NCBI GenBank assembly: GCA_037447605.1
Contig: CM074817.1
Span: 1,984,001 to 2,048,000 of the forward strand
Length of the DNA stretch: 64,000 nt
Direction of reading: 5' to 3'
DNA from: Zygnema circumcarinatum SAG 698-1b
Taxonomy: Eukaryota; Plantae; Zygnematophyceae
In this document: positions 35,601 through 50,105 of the stretch, one piece after another
How positions within the stretch are numbered: position 1 is the stretch's first letter
How the letters are laid out: the number at the start of each line of letters is the position of its first letter
Made by a program: the position numbers and the translations under genes
Notes under the pieces: model-generated
Told to the model about the DNA's origin: nothing
The model's database searches: none
What the model saw: only the letters and a program-made list of their open reading frames with translations

Positions 35601-38600
35601 ACCTCTGTGAAATGCGGCGATTTCTTGTTCCAACATTGTGAAGTAACAGCCATAACATAACATGTGACTTGGGTGCAGGAGCTGCGTCTCTCTCACGAAC
35701 TCAGCTAGAGGATATGCGGCGATACATTCGGGTGATGTTGGCAGACAGTGGAGTAATGGATGTTGTGCATAAGAGCGCATATGAGATCGCCATTGGGTCC
35801 TCGGGAACAATTGAGACAATCGAACAGATGATCCATCACAGCAGGGTCAACAACCCTACCACAACAGTATCTCTAGAGGTGAGGGTGGTGGATATGGAGA
35901 GAGGTAGGGCGAGAGAGAGAGAGGGAGAGAGGGGTAAAGGGAGAGTTTCCCCGAGAGATATAAAAGAGAGGGAGGGCTTGAGTTGGAAGGCCCTGATCTC
36001 GTTCATCACTAATCTAGTTGCATTTAATGTATGGGCAGAAGGCTGTGATGTGGAGCAGCGATATTCACACAGCAAAAAGTGTTTTTCAACCGTACTAAAA
36101 GAACTCTCACGGCTTCTCTTTAACTTAGCATTGTGTACTTGTATTGCTGCAGGGAGTCTCTGGGCAGAAATCAAAGCAGAGTCTCCACTCCAAGTCCTTC
36201 ACCAAAGATGAGCTCACCACTCTGGTGAAGAAAATCTGCAAAGCCAAGACACCCGAAGTTCGAGCGAAAATTCCTGGTCTGCCGGAAAAAAGAGCAGACG
36301 TCATTGTGGGCGGTGCAATTCTCCTAGAGGAGATATTTAGCGCTATGGGAGTAGAGGTATGATCCGTACAAGACCTCCTCCTCCGATCTATCACCTTAAC
36401 TTTCTGCTTGGAACAATGTCAATTCAGCAGTTTCTCCTCCAGCAGTATTCCTAGCAGTATCTTTCTATTTACACCTTTCTGACCCAGCTCTTTCTGTGTA
36501 CAGGAGATGATGGTTTCCCCATATGCCCTACGGGAGGGGGTGATTGTGGACACTTTGGCCAGAACATGTGATGCATACTGCCCCACTCCTAATCTCCGTC
36601 GCAGTTCCGTTCTGAACCTCGCTAAACGGTTCAATGTCGATCGCCGCATGGAATCTGCTCTGCACTCAGCCAAGTTGGCCCTTGTGAGTTGTGCCCTTAG
36701 TCCGGGTAGCTGCACCCTGCCCTCTCCCTCATTTTCCCCCACCGTCCACTTTTCTCCTGCCCCACTTCTCCCCCCTCCCCATCCCTCCACCTCCGTTTCA
36801 GTACTCAAATTTAAGATTCCACAAACCTACTTCAAATGAGGCCTTGTGTACCCTTTCCAGTCTCACGACACGTCAAAAAAATCTCTCCCACAAATTCCGA
36901 TATCCTCAAATCTGTCCCTTCCTCTCAAACCTTGCGATGCTTTCAAATCCCTGAAATCCTAAAATCCGTCTATTGTCACCAAAGCATACTGCTTGTTGAG
37001 CTAAATCGATCCTCTCCTCTCTCTCTCTCTTTATGGCTGCAGGAGATATTGGCGGGTTTACAGACCTGCCGGATGGGGGGCACTGATTGTATGACAGAAG
37101 CAGTGCAGCGGTTGGAGGGGAGTGATATGGAGGTGTTGGAGGCAGCAACCATCCTACACTATGTTGGGATGTTCATTTCACATAAGGGCTACCACAAGCA
37201 CTCACACTATCTTATCAAGGTGGGAAAATGTTCGTGCCTGCAGGTTTCAAGTGCTCAGAGATTTTCGCATGACGAGGTCCAAAGAATTTTTGGTGATATG
37301 TGGTTTTGAAGAGTCGTGTGCTAAAAGAAGTTGATCTCATGTGTGTTTGCTTTAGTTGAGAAATCATACGGGTTAAGGATATTCATTCTTTAGGGTCATC
37401 AAGTGGAGTTGTGTTGGCGAGAGTTGTTTCACGTAACTGAGTTGAATTTAAGAGTATTTTAGCTTTTGTATTGAAGGTCACCTGTATAGGTGGTACTTAT
37501 TATTGATTAAAAAGTGAAATTGTTTGAATGCTATTTGCAGAATAACGAACATCTCCTGGGCTTCACTCCCATGGAGATAGAGGTAGGCCGTGCCTCCGTC
37601 CCCCCTGAATGTAATTTTGCCATAAGCTATGCTCAAATCGAAATAGTATGGAATCTTAACCTCTGCATGCTCGTATGAATAATCTGCATTTTCTAGCAGC
37701 CCTTGTAGTAGTCACTCTCCCCTCTCTCCCACTTCTACCCCTCGCCTTCGTTTAAAGCACTTCTTCTTATTAGTGTTCCGATGTTTTGCTGTGAATCAGA
37801 TGATAGCACTCCTTGCAAAGTATCACAGGAAGAAGGTGCCAACCACTAAGGACGAGGAGTTCGCTGAACTTCCGGATGAGGTAATTGCCTACAAGTGTCT
37901 TCTATGAGCATCAATGGTGATTTTAGATTTTTGCTGTCTTTTTCGTACTAGTCTGGGGGGTGGTTCTTCGTCCGGTAATGTGGCTTCAATTACAGAGACC
38001 TTGTCTGCTTCCTGTCTTTCAGTAAAGGAGGATAAAGATAAAGGAAAATATTTTAAACAACAATTGTAACCCATAGTTTCTGATGTCTACACCTGTCTGT
38101 TTCATCAGTTCATGACAGTTATCCGTTTCTCTGAACTGAATCTGTCTTCTGAACTGGATCCGACCATCAAACTTTCTTTGCTGGGCAAAATTTATTTCCC
38201 AAATACAAACCGAGTCTGCTGATCTGAACTGAGTCCCTCGCTTGTACTGAATCCATTGTCTGAACTTGAAATTGAACCGTAAGTTAATATGAGAAGTTTG
38301 AGCTGACCTGCATCGGTTGCTGTCGGGTGCAGGTCCAAAAGCGGCTGCGCGCCCTCTGTGCGGTGATCCGCATCGCTGTGGCCCTAGACCGCTGCGACTC
38401 CGGCGCTGTGGAGAAAGTGCACGTGCTGCAGGACCACGACAGCTGCGTGCTTGTGAGTGGGAGGGAGGGAGGGAGGGGGGAGGGGGGGGAGGAGAGGGGG
38501 ATATGGAGGGGTAAAAGGAGAGAGGGAAAACGGGGAAAGAGTTGGGGGAGAGGGAGGGGGAGGGAGGGAGAGAGGGAAAAAGGGGGAAGAGTTGGGGGAG

Positions 38601-39357
38601 AGGGAGGGGGAGGGAGGGAGGGAGGGGGGAAGGGGGAGAGGGAGGGAGATATAGAGAGGGAAAAGGAGAGAGGGGAAACGGGGAAAGAGTTGGGGGAGAG
38701 GGCGTGGGAGGGAGGGAGGGAGGGGGGAAGGGGGAGAGGGAAGGGGGATATGGAGGGGGTAAAGGAGAGAGGGAAAAGGGGGGAAGAGTTGGGGGAGAGG
38801 GTGGGGGAGGAGGGAGGGAGGGAGAAAGAATGGGAGATGAGAGAGAGACATGGGCAAGACAGGAAACAGGGAGATGTTCAGAGAGGAGGGGAAAAAACGG
38901 AGATTGTTTGTTGTTGTTTGAAGGAAAGAGGAATGGCCATATCAGTATCCGCTTCTCTTTGCATAAGATGTTTGTCTTTTTCTGTTGTGGCTATTTACTG
39001 GAAGAAGGTGATGTTATTCTGGAGGTGTGGCAGGCTATCAAGCCGGCTGTGGATGAAGCCACCAATCAGCTGAAGGATGTCTCCCTTGAAATTTGGGCCG
39101 CTCGGGTGGAGCTCGAGTACTTTGAGAAGGTGCCGTCTTTTATCTCTCTATTCCTGGAACGATGAAGTTGTATCGCCGAGGTTTTGCTGTGGGCGATTAA
39201 ACTGAATTTACAGTCACAACTTTTGAACGGTCCCATGTTCTAAGAATCCTATGGTTAATGTGTGCAGATATTTAAGCGCCGAGCCTCCATAGTGGTGGCA
39301 GACCAACCCGATGTGGATAACCTTGAAACCGACGCCTCCCCGAGCTTGAGCTCCTAG
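32677..39357 (+). CDS. Ppx/GppA family exopolyphosphatase / pppGpp phosphohydrolase with C-terminal HD-like domain and transit-peptide-like N-terminus
   Basis: AAVDMGTNSFHMVVV, VVATSAVREARN, LTGREEA, VDIGGGSTE, LKLGHIRLTE, RADVIVGG, ALREG and LHYVG..ISHKGYHKHS. The last exon is 39268-39357. Exon 1 (32677-32886) is Ser/Arg-rich. Confidence 0.92.
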
Positions 39358-39838
39358 TTTACAGTAGCATTTGGTAGGGTTTAGTCTTATTCTTATTAAT
39401 CTATGGTATAATGCAGGCAGCATTCAGGGTTAGGTATTTAGTTTCGTTTTGATTGAGATATGCTAAAGCATTGGTTTTGAGCTCAAGCTCCTATTGATAG
39501 TGAATGGGCAGTTGGTAGGGAAGCAAGGCGGGGTCATTAGTGGGTAGTTTCTTTCGAAGTCACCTCTTTTTTACGGTGACTCTGTTGTGTATAGTTTGCA
39601 TCTAGAAGAGCCCTCCTCTTTGAACCCTCTTGTTGTGTTTGTGTTTGTCGATGGTTGATGCCCGTCTGCCGTGCAACAGCAATGAGCAAAGCACCTGGTG
39701 CCATTGCTCATGTCACAAAACATGCTATGCTGTGTTCGTCTACAAATTAGAAATTACAAATTAGACCGCTATCTGAAAATCCTCTCTAAAGCACAGTATC
39801 TTTGAAGAGATTAGCGAATTTGCAATTCCCTAGATGAA

Positions 39839-40522
39839 GGAGAACGCTACTGCACCCCCCTATTCTGGTTATTTCACCCCCCTTTTTGAAAAATTTGCAT
39901 GCTCATTTTGGTTATCCCACCCCCCCCCCTTTTTGGATATTTCACCCCCATATTTTGGATATCCCACCCCTCCCCCCCGTTTTCTCCTTTTCACTACTGA
40001 CTTCTAACATTGTGCGATAAAAGAAAATGGGATTTGCATTGATCTCAAGATGGTGAGGCCATCAAATGAACAAGGACGGAGTCAACATGGGGAACCACAA
40101 GAAATTGGTCGCAAAGGACCTGAGCACAAAAAAAAAACCCCCAGGAGCAAAAAGCTAAAATAAAAACTAAACTAAACTAAGCCTAAGCGCATAATCGCAG
40201 CCATAAACCCAGTTGCAAAGGTTACCGATGCGGGGCAACCGTTACTCTTTGTTTTCAGGTTAGGATTGTAGACCCCCTAATTAAGGCAAGTTCTTAAGTT
40301 GTGGCCTGCAAACCGAGAAGAGGAGAGAAGAGGAGGGGAGGGCAAGGGAGGGGAGGGGGGGGAAAAAGATTCCCTCCCGAAATATTCATTATAGGGGGGT
40401 GGAATATCCAAAATAAGGGGGTGAAACATCGAAAACAGGGGGGGGGATAACCAAAATGGGCAGGCAAAATTTTCCAAAAGGGGGGTGGAGAAACCACAAT
40501 CGGGGGTGCAGTAGCATTCTCC
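39839..40522. mobile_element. 684-bp non-autonomous element with ~135-bp imperfect terminal inverted repeats
   Basis: The left end GGAGAACGCTACTGCACCCCC... matches the reverse complement of the right end ...GGGGGTGCAGTAGCATTCTCC, and the match extends through the TTTTGGATATxxCACCCC subrepeats. No clean TSD, so the superfamily is unassigned. Confidence 0.8.
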
Positions 40523-41574
40523 AAAGTAAAAGGTTTTATAAAAATGCAAAACTCAGCGAAAGGCCCAAAAAGTGAGAGCGAAGTAGACATGGAATAGAAG
40601 GAAGAATAGAGGTGAGGGAGGAGGGACACGTGTCACCCACAAACCCCTGTGGCCCTCAAATTGCCACGTGTATACGACACGTGTTGAATATCCTGACCGT
40701 TGGATTCTCACTTGCGAGATTTCGGTCCTGCTCGCGGCCGTGCCACGTGGCGCCACACGCCTCGTCGACCGGCGGAGGCGTATCGTCCAAGCAGCAAGCC
40801 ACGGCACTCGCACGTGCGAGAATGGCCACGATCGCCTCCAGCTGACGGGAATGGTGGGTGTCGCGTCAGCTGCCTGAGGCGCCACGTGACGCATTTTGAC
40901 TCGCCTTCACCGTCAGCCAATGTCACATAGACCAATACGAGAGGCCCCTCCCACGTGTAACGATCTCCAGAGATCGCTCGGAGCCCGGCCCTTGCGGCGA
41001 CGGCGGCGAAATCAAGATCGGGTTCTGACAGGGCGGTGATGACGTTGAATAGTGACGTATACAGCAACTAGAAACCGACGGTTTGTACAATCACTCACAA
41101 ACTGGTGGCGGGTTTCCGCGTGAAAGTACGGTACCTCTTCGAAAGGGAAAGCCAGTCACGGCTTGCCAAGTGTCCACACCTTAGCTCCCTAATGATCCAC
41201 CGACAAAGGATCAACCATTGAGTGGATCCCCACCTGCCATGTCAGCTATATCCAAGATCCACTGGAGTCAAACCCATGGTCGGGATCGATTAAGCGCACG
41301 TAGAATGACGTGGATCAATCGACAAATGCCACATGGACATTGTGATGTTCGGAGGATCTGGCTGTAAAATTGCTGTACGGACAGTTTTGGGGTGTGCGCA
41401 GATCCGCGCCTTTCCGGCGTGCAAACGCAGCGGTTCGCCCCCCGCTACGCACACACCTCTCTCCCTCCCTTGCTCCCATCGCCCTCGCTGCTGACCTCGC
41501 TCTCGCTGCTGACCTCGCTCTCCCGCACCTCCTCCGCCTGTCGTAATCGCACTCGTCCCTCCCCACACCTCTCT

Positions 41575-41632
<58 letters not shown>

Positions 41633-42361
41633 TCCGTGTCATTTCGAAGTGTGGGAAGGTCGTGGGTAACGAGGGCGCAGTCGCCACGGGCTTTGGAGGA
41701 TTAAGTTTTGGAGCAGCTCACGCTTTGTAGCGCTCAGGTTTCAATGTCAGAGATTACCTGAGCTTCGTCTAAATGTACGTAGTCCCCTTCCCCCCCTCTT
41801 TCTCTCGCTCGCCCTCTCTCTCTGGTTTGTTCTTTTCCTACTCGAGTAGTGCTCTTGCTCTCCATCCTCCCTCTCCTTCTGCCCTCTCTTCCCTCTCCCT
41901 TTGTCGTCCGCTCCTTCTTCCTTCTCTCTCCTATCTCACTCTCTACCCTCCCTTCTAAATTCTCTCTCTGTTTTCTTCCCTCCCTGGCCGACCCTCCTGT
42001 CCACCTTCCTTCCCTTAATTTTCTCCTTTCGTCCTCCCTACCTCCCTCCCTCCCTCCCTCCCTCCCTCCCTCCCTCCCTCCCTCCCTCCCTCCCTCCCTC
42101 CCTCCCTCCTCCTCCCTCCTCCCTCCCTCCCTCCCTCCTCCCTCCCTCCCTCCCTCCCTCCCTCTCTCCCTCCCTCCCTCCCACTCCCTCCCTCCCTCAT
42201 CTCCTTTCCTCCCTTGGCCTGTGCAGACCACCTGAGGTCTACTCCTCCAAGGCTCCAATTGCACTCCATTTCAAAGAATTCCTGAAAAGAGATATTTCCC
42301 ATTTATCAAACCTAACCAGTTAATGTTAATGTTCTGGTCACGAACAGCCTCTTCCAAAAAC

Positions 42362-43108
42362 ATGGCAACATATTTCGTCTCGAAAAGGCCTAATTCTATG
42401 GAGTCGTCAGGAAGGCTGCTCGAGCCGGACTCTCCGGAGGGAGGGAGGGGGACGGAGGCAGAGGGAGAGGGAGAGGGAGAGCGAATGGAGGAGAGCGGGC
42501 GAGTAAAGAAACTGCCAGTCAAGCTCCGAAATCGATTTTTCCAGAACGGTTTTTTTCCAAAGAAGATGAAATTTACGCTTCCGTTTGATGACATGGAAGA
42601 GGTACGTCGGAAGCGCCCTAAAGTCAGAGTGATTTTTGGGGTTTCTCGCTTTCAAATTCTTCGCTTCGATCAGATAAAAAGTTGTTCTTTTGTTAAAAAT
42701 TTCAGTAGAGATTGCTTTGAAGGCCGGAACTTTCATATAATGCGGCCAAAGAGGGTTCAGGGGCTCCGCAGGGGTTAAGCTCCCAATGCTACATCCAATT
42801 GGACCGTGGGAAAATGAAGCCACATCTACTTACAGCAATTTACGATTTTCAATTTTTTTAGTTTGTTGTAAGAATTCTGCTATTAACAATTCTGAACCCT
42901 TTTGTCTCCCCTCCCTCCACCTCCCTCGTCCTTTTTTTTCCCCTTTCCTTTTGTCTGCTTTATTTCTATATTTCCGCAGATTGCGAAATCCGTGGAGTCG
43001 TACCTTCAGCCGTCGGTGGAGGCACTTTTTGTCGGAAAGTACGTCGAGGGCTCGTCATTTGCAGCCATTCAAACAGCGGCCGAAAACTCGTCCTTTATTG
43101 GCGGTGGG

Positions 43109-43157
<49 letters not shown>

Positions 43158-43333
43158 TCTCCTTGACCGTCTCTTTCCACCCGCTTGCCCTTCTCTCGTT
43201 CTCTCTCTCTCTCTCTTTTCGTCCCTTCGGCTTCCCTTTCGCTTGTCCTTATTCCCCTCATCACGAACTTCTTCCCTTCTCCCCTCTCTCCATCTCCTCT
43301 ATGCCTCCCCCTCCCCCTCCCCCNNNNNNNNNN

Positions 43334-43366
<33 letters not shown>

Positions 43367-45471
43367 TGACACGTGTCATCCCGCGTATGGCTGCAGGGTT
43401 GGTTGCGGGGCGACGTGTCCTTCTGAGCGCGTGCGCGCGCGTGAACGTGCCCGAGGCCGTACAGTGGGCGCAGGAGGCCATCGCGAGGAGGGCGAGGGCG
43501 ACATGGAACAACGGAAAGGTGCGGTCCGTTCCGTTGCAGTTACACTCATCGGAACAGAACAGAACAGAAACGCAAGAGATCTACCCTCTTGTGTTTGTTG
43601 TCAGTTTGACGCTGATTGGAACGGTTGTTTATTTATTTGGTGAGATTGTGTGTGGGAAACCGAGATTGTGCACTTTTCTCACTCTATCTCTCCGTTTTTT
43701 TTTTTTTTTTTACTTGTGCTGCCCAGAGTCCACTGAGTGAAGTTCAGACGCTTTCGACCAATGCGGACATTGTTGGAACGGGCGGCACAGAAACGGAACT
43801 GCTGTTCCATGTGCGGCTGTCTCACGGAATCTCGACGGAGCCCTTTCTGAAAGAAGATGTGCTTCAGCCGCTCGAGCAGGTGAGCTTGCCGAGGGAGACT
43901 GGGAGGGGGAGGGAAAGAGGGAGGAGAGAGAGAGGAAAAGGAAAAACAAAATTCCAAGATGAGTACATTGTTGTCATCCCAAAACGAATGTTTCGAGAGT
44001 CGAGTTAAAGGTTTGGCCAGAAATTTCCGTGAGAAGGATTGGGTCATTTTTAATTCCACAACGTGTCAGAGATATGAATGCTTCCTCCCTCCCCTCTTCC
44101 CTATCTCCCTTCTTGTCTCCGTGTCTCTCTCCTCGTCTCCTTACCCCTCCCCTCCCCCATACTGCCCCTTCTCCCTCCCCTCTTCGTCTCCCTCTCTTCT
44201 TCCGCCATAGCCTTTTTGGTTTACAGCCTAAGAGACAATGCATAGCAGGAGGGAGTGTGGGTCACATTATGACACATTGAAAAAACTACACCCTAAAAAC
44301 ATACTTTTCGTTTCAGTTCAGTTCACAACATGAACATCAATGGACTATTACTGCTTTAATGATCCATGAAAGCTGAGAGTGTTTGTACCAAGCAGGGAGA
44401 GAGGAGGGAGTTTGCAGACGGAGGTTCTATGCGGTCCGGAGCAGTTCTTTTACACGTTCCTTGCGGACGACTCCGTTTTCTGGAGACGCTATCGGGAGGG
44501 TCGAGGGGATACGGAGATCGAGGTAAACTGAAATTGAAATTGATCATAAAGTCTGCTGTGAATTGCTTTCCCTCGACGAACCCTTTTAAGCATAGCGATT
44601 ATTTTTTGTCCGATTTCCTTCACTCTACCCTATTGCCCACTTTTCTACCTTTCCTCACCTCCGCCCCTACCCCCCCCCCTCTCTCTCTCGCCCATACTTT
44701 CCCTCTTCCACATTTCTCTCCCTCTTTTTCACTCATCACTCGCCACACTACCTCTCCTCCCACGTCCCTCCCTCTCCCTCCCCCCCTTCCCCCCACTTCC
44801 CCCTCCTATCCATCCTCTGTTTCTCATGAGAGAGTAACGATGGGACAGATTTCTCCCTGGCGGCCATCGGACCATCCCGGAGAACTTCTCAGAAAGGTAA
44901 GCAGACAGAAGGGCTCTCTCGCTCTCTCCCTACCTCTGCGTACCCCTCTCTCTGTCCTGTCTTTCTCCCTCTCTCCCCATATCCCTTACCACACTCACTC
45001 TCTACTTAATCTCCCCCCCCCCCCNNNNNNNNNNCCCCCCCCCCCCCCGGCTCAGCCCTAACCCGGAAACTTTGGGAGGGGGGGGAAGCAGCTGACATAT
45101 CGCACGCTTTGCCAGAGTCCCATGTGCCCGCCCAGCACCGCCATGACAGAGCTGCAGAGATGCTTTTCGGGCTCAAATAATGAAGTTCTGGTCAGTGAAT
45201 GCTGGCCTTCTCTATTGCAATGTATGAGCCTATTCGAACAGGACCATAGAACATGTGCAAATTTTAAACACTTCAAACCTCTTCCCCCCCAATTCTCAGT
45301 TTGGGGTGTGTTCTTCTCTGCTACATTGTGCAGGTGCTGGAAACTATCCAACAGGCACATGATGTTCCGTTTGGGAGTGCATTTGAGGTAAAGTCGATTT
45401 AACCAACCTTTTGGATTTCTTTTGGTTTCAACTTGATTATTGGGGGGTCTCTTGAATTTTGCTCATCCGCT

Positions 45472-45505
<34 letters not shown>

Positions 45506-46957
45506 CATTTTACTCTCGTTGAGGGCGAGGGGGGGTGACAGGTGCACGCACAGTGGACCGTGACTCTGGGACTCCCTGACGTCAGCAATGTCAACGTGCT
45601 TATGGGTCAGTTGGACTTTTGCACCTTTTGCTATTTCTGTTTTTTCTAACCCAAACTAAATTCCTATTTTAACTCCCGGCACTTTGAGAATGGACTGGAA
45701 TCTGCAAATGGGAGGGTAGAAACAAAAGACCAATACCTTCCTTTCCACTTTTTTTTCTTCTTTCTTTTGCATCTGTGTTTGTTTTCAACTTTTTTATTTC
45801 TGCTATTTGGAGCTGCAGGAGTACATTTCAAGAAGGCGTGTCTAGTGAAGGGGGCAATCTCCAGCGGTGCTTTTGCCATGGTAAGAACTAGAAAACCGCA
45901 GAAAACCATACGTTGATTTTTTCTTATTCAATTTTCAAAATTCGTTCCAATTGCTAGGTGCTTCATTATGTCCTAAAGAAGTAGACTTCCACTTAGATGC
46001 GGTTTAATCATTTTTGAACTTTGGGGGTGGGGGCGGAAGGTGGGGAGTGGGGCAGCCCTCCCTTATAGGTGGGTTAGGTTTTAAAAACTGAGCTCCGTTG
46101 TTCCATGTGTGCAGTATAAAGAGGACGTTCAGCTCATCATGAGACTCGTGAACGGAGAACTGGAAACAAGGAATGGGACCAAGAAGCTTCCTGGGAGCTT
46201 CCTCGAGGGGGTGGAGGAGAGGAGAGATGATGTCAGCAAGGTAACCTTCTCGGAAGGTGGGAGTCCAAAAAACGGAAGAAATTGGAAGGTTCCGAACTGT
46301 GTTTTTAATCCTTTTCCGAGGGAGTTTTCGGAAAAGTGGAAACATTTTCATGAGAAGGAGAGCAGGCCGCAGCACGCGGAGCAGATAAGGGTTTGACCGT
46401 GAAAAAAACGGATCAAAGGGCGGAGTTGTCCAAGGTTTGGGCTAATGCGTGGAATGGTTTTTAGGTCCAGAGATTAGGACTGTGAATAGGTACTGTGGCG
46501 CCATTTTCTTGTATGTAATATATGCCTTTGTCTATGTGCATCATATTGTAAGGATAGCTTGGGTGGTCTTTTGGATGTTGTAGTTCTTAGGAGGTGGGAG
46601 GGGGCAGAGGAATTGTCTTTGGAAGGCGCTCATGCAGTTGTACATCGTAAATAAAGCGCAGCAGGCAGTTGTGTGTGTAGGGAGGACTGACTTTATGAAT
46701 AATGTGGAGTGCAAAATTAACTTTCATTATTAATAAAATCTTTCACAAGAGAGGTTTCTGACGGCAAGCGCGATACTCCCCTCTCCTTACCCTCCCTCCC
46801 GGCCTTTCCTTCTCTCCTTCCCTCTCTCCGTTTTTCCCACTCTCCCCACCTTTCCCAGCTTCAATCTTCCGCACCTTCTTGCAAAGCAAGCCAGCATTTG
46901 CCCGCCTCAAGAGTAACAACGATCAAGACCACCTCAAGTAGAATGACAAGGTTTTAG
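42362..46957 (+). CDS. GRAM(-like)/VASt lipid-transfer domain protein related to BAGP1/VAD1
   Basis: The exons encode PFLKEDVL, FLADDSVFWRRYR, YRTLCQSPMCPPSTAMTE, VLETIQQAHDVPFGSAFE/VHAQW, GVHFKK.C and YKEDV, matching the recalled BAGP1 VASt domain. The start and the last exon are less certain. Confidence 0.82.
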
Positions 46958-47077
46958 GGTTTCGAATTCTTTCGAGTGCCTTTATTTTTTTGGCGATTTC
47001 CGAATATCATATCTGCCCTGTGCCCGATATATACAAAGAGAGAAAGAAAAACCATACAGAAGGGGCTATCTTACGAG

Positions 47078-48753
<1,676 letters not shown>

Positions 48754-48893
48754 GTGCAGGGCTGTTCCGTTGCGCGTCTGTTCCGTTCACGGCGACGGAG
48801 TTACTGGGCCGCATGTGCGAGGGAGCTGCTGCAGGAGCGGCCTCAAGGTCCGGAACGCATCGCTGCAGGACTCGCCCCAAGCGCCGCTGTTCT

Positions 48894-49255
48894 GGGTTTT
48901 AGGGTTCAGAAATTAGGGTTTGGGCATCGGGATTCAGGGTTTAGGGTTCAGAAAGTAGGGTTTGAGCGTCGGGATTCTGGGTTTAGGGTTCAGAAATCAG
49001 GGTTTGGACGTCAGGATACAGGGTCAGAGGTGCAGAAAATAGGGTTTAATCATCGAGATACGGGGTTAAAAACTTAAAGGCACTTCAGGGTAGAGTTTGG
49101 GGTTCAGGCTACAGGGTGCAGGCTTTAAGGTTCAGAATCCAGGGTTCAGGCTTCAGTGTGCAGGGTGCAGGGTTCAGGGTTTGGGATCAGAATTCAGGGT
49201 TCAGGGTTCAGGTTCAGGGTGCAGGTTGCAGGGTGCAGGATTCAGGGTTACCATT
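48894..49255 (+). repeat. Degenerate telomere-variant array: four ~42-bp units followed by TTCAGGG/TGCAGGG heptamers
   Basis: Units start at 48894, 48937, 48979 and 49021. Confidence 0.75.
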
Positions 49256-49391
49256 CAAGAATTCACTCCCAGGTGGCATCGATTATCAACTAAGGCCTTA
49301 GAAAGGCAGTGGGAGTAGCATCGACCTCGCTCGCTCGCTCGCGGCGTGTGCGCGTGCGTGCGTGCGTTCGTGCAGCGATGATGCCCAGAGC

Positions 49392-49670
49392 GCATCAGTA
49401 TCAACACCAACATCAACATCCTCACCAACATCAACATCCTCACCAACATCAACATCCTCACAAACATCAACATCCTCACCAACATCAACATCCTCACCAA
49501 CATCAACATTGACATCAACATTGACATCAACATCAACATCAACATCAACATCAACATCAACATCAACATCAACATCAACATCAACATCAACATCAACATC
49601 AACATCAACAAGGACATTGACATTGACATTGACATCAACATCAACATCAACATAGACATTGACATTGACA
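49392..49670 (+). repeat. Compound 18-bp (CACCAACATCAACATCCT) and 6-bp (CATCAA/CATTGA) tandem repeat
   Basis: Read directly from the sequence. Confidence 0.92.
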
Positions 49671-50007
49671 TTGTTGTTCAGCCAGCCCGTCGGTCCACCC
49701 GGCGAAGGTTCCGTACAGACTCGATCTGGACGAGAGGGCCTCGGGCCCTTCCTTGACCCTTGCCTAGAGGCCGGAGCCGGATGGAACGGCCCGAGCGCGT
49801 GGGCCGGGATGGACGGCCTCGTGCTCGCGCGGTCCCACATTGCGCCGGTCCTGTCCACCTCGGGCTTGGATTGACGGCTCAGATCACGCCGATCCGACAT
49901 GCCGGAGCCGAGGCTCGAACCCGCGACGTCCGGACCACCAAAGGCGTATTTACAAGCGGGCGGATGAAGGCACTGCCACTCTCATGCATGGCCACAATTC
50001 AAACCAT

Positions 50008-50105
50008 CCACGTGGCATATCCAACGGTCACCAACTCATGCAGTTCACGTGGCATATCCAACGGTCGGAATCCAAATATCTCGCACGCGGCAATCCAACG
50101 GTCCG
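50008..50105 (+). promoter_or_regulatory. Three TCCAACGGTC (MSA-like) motifs, two within a duplicated CACGTGGCATATCCAACGGTC unit
   Basis: Motifs at 50020, 50057 and 50094. MSA (YCYAACGG) elements are MYB3R targets in plants. Confidence 0.5.

Noticed and set aside
28140-41000. G-box clusters at ~28150, 31800-31960 and 40620-40960 as evidence of special regulation
   Set aside because: G-boxes precede most genes in this window, so alone they are not discriminating.
40708-41067. 119-aa minus-strand ORF
   Set aside because: Non-ATG start in GC-rich, motif-dense promoter DNA, with no recognisable domain or splice support.
49895-49975. tRNA-like T-arm/B-box (GTCGCGGGTTCGAGCC on the minus strand)
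   Set aside because: No acceptor stem, D-arm/A-box or anticodon stem could be formed. At most a degenerate SINE remnant.
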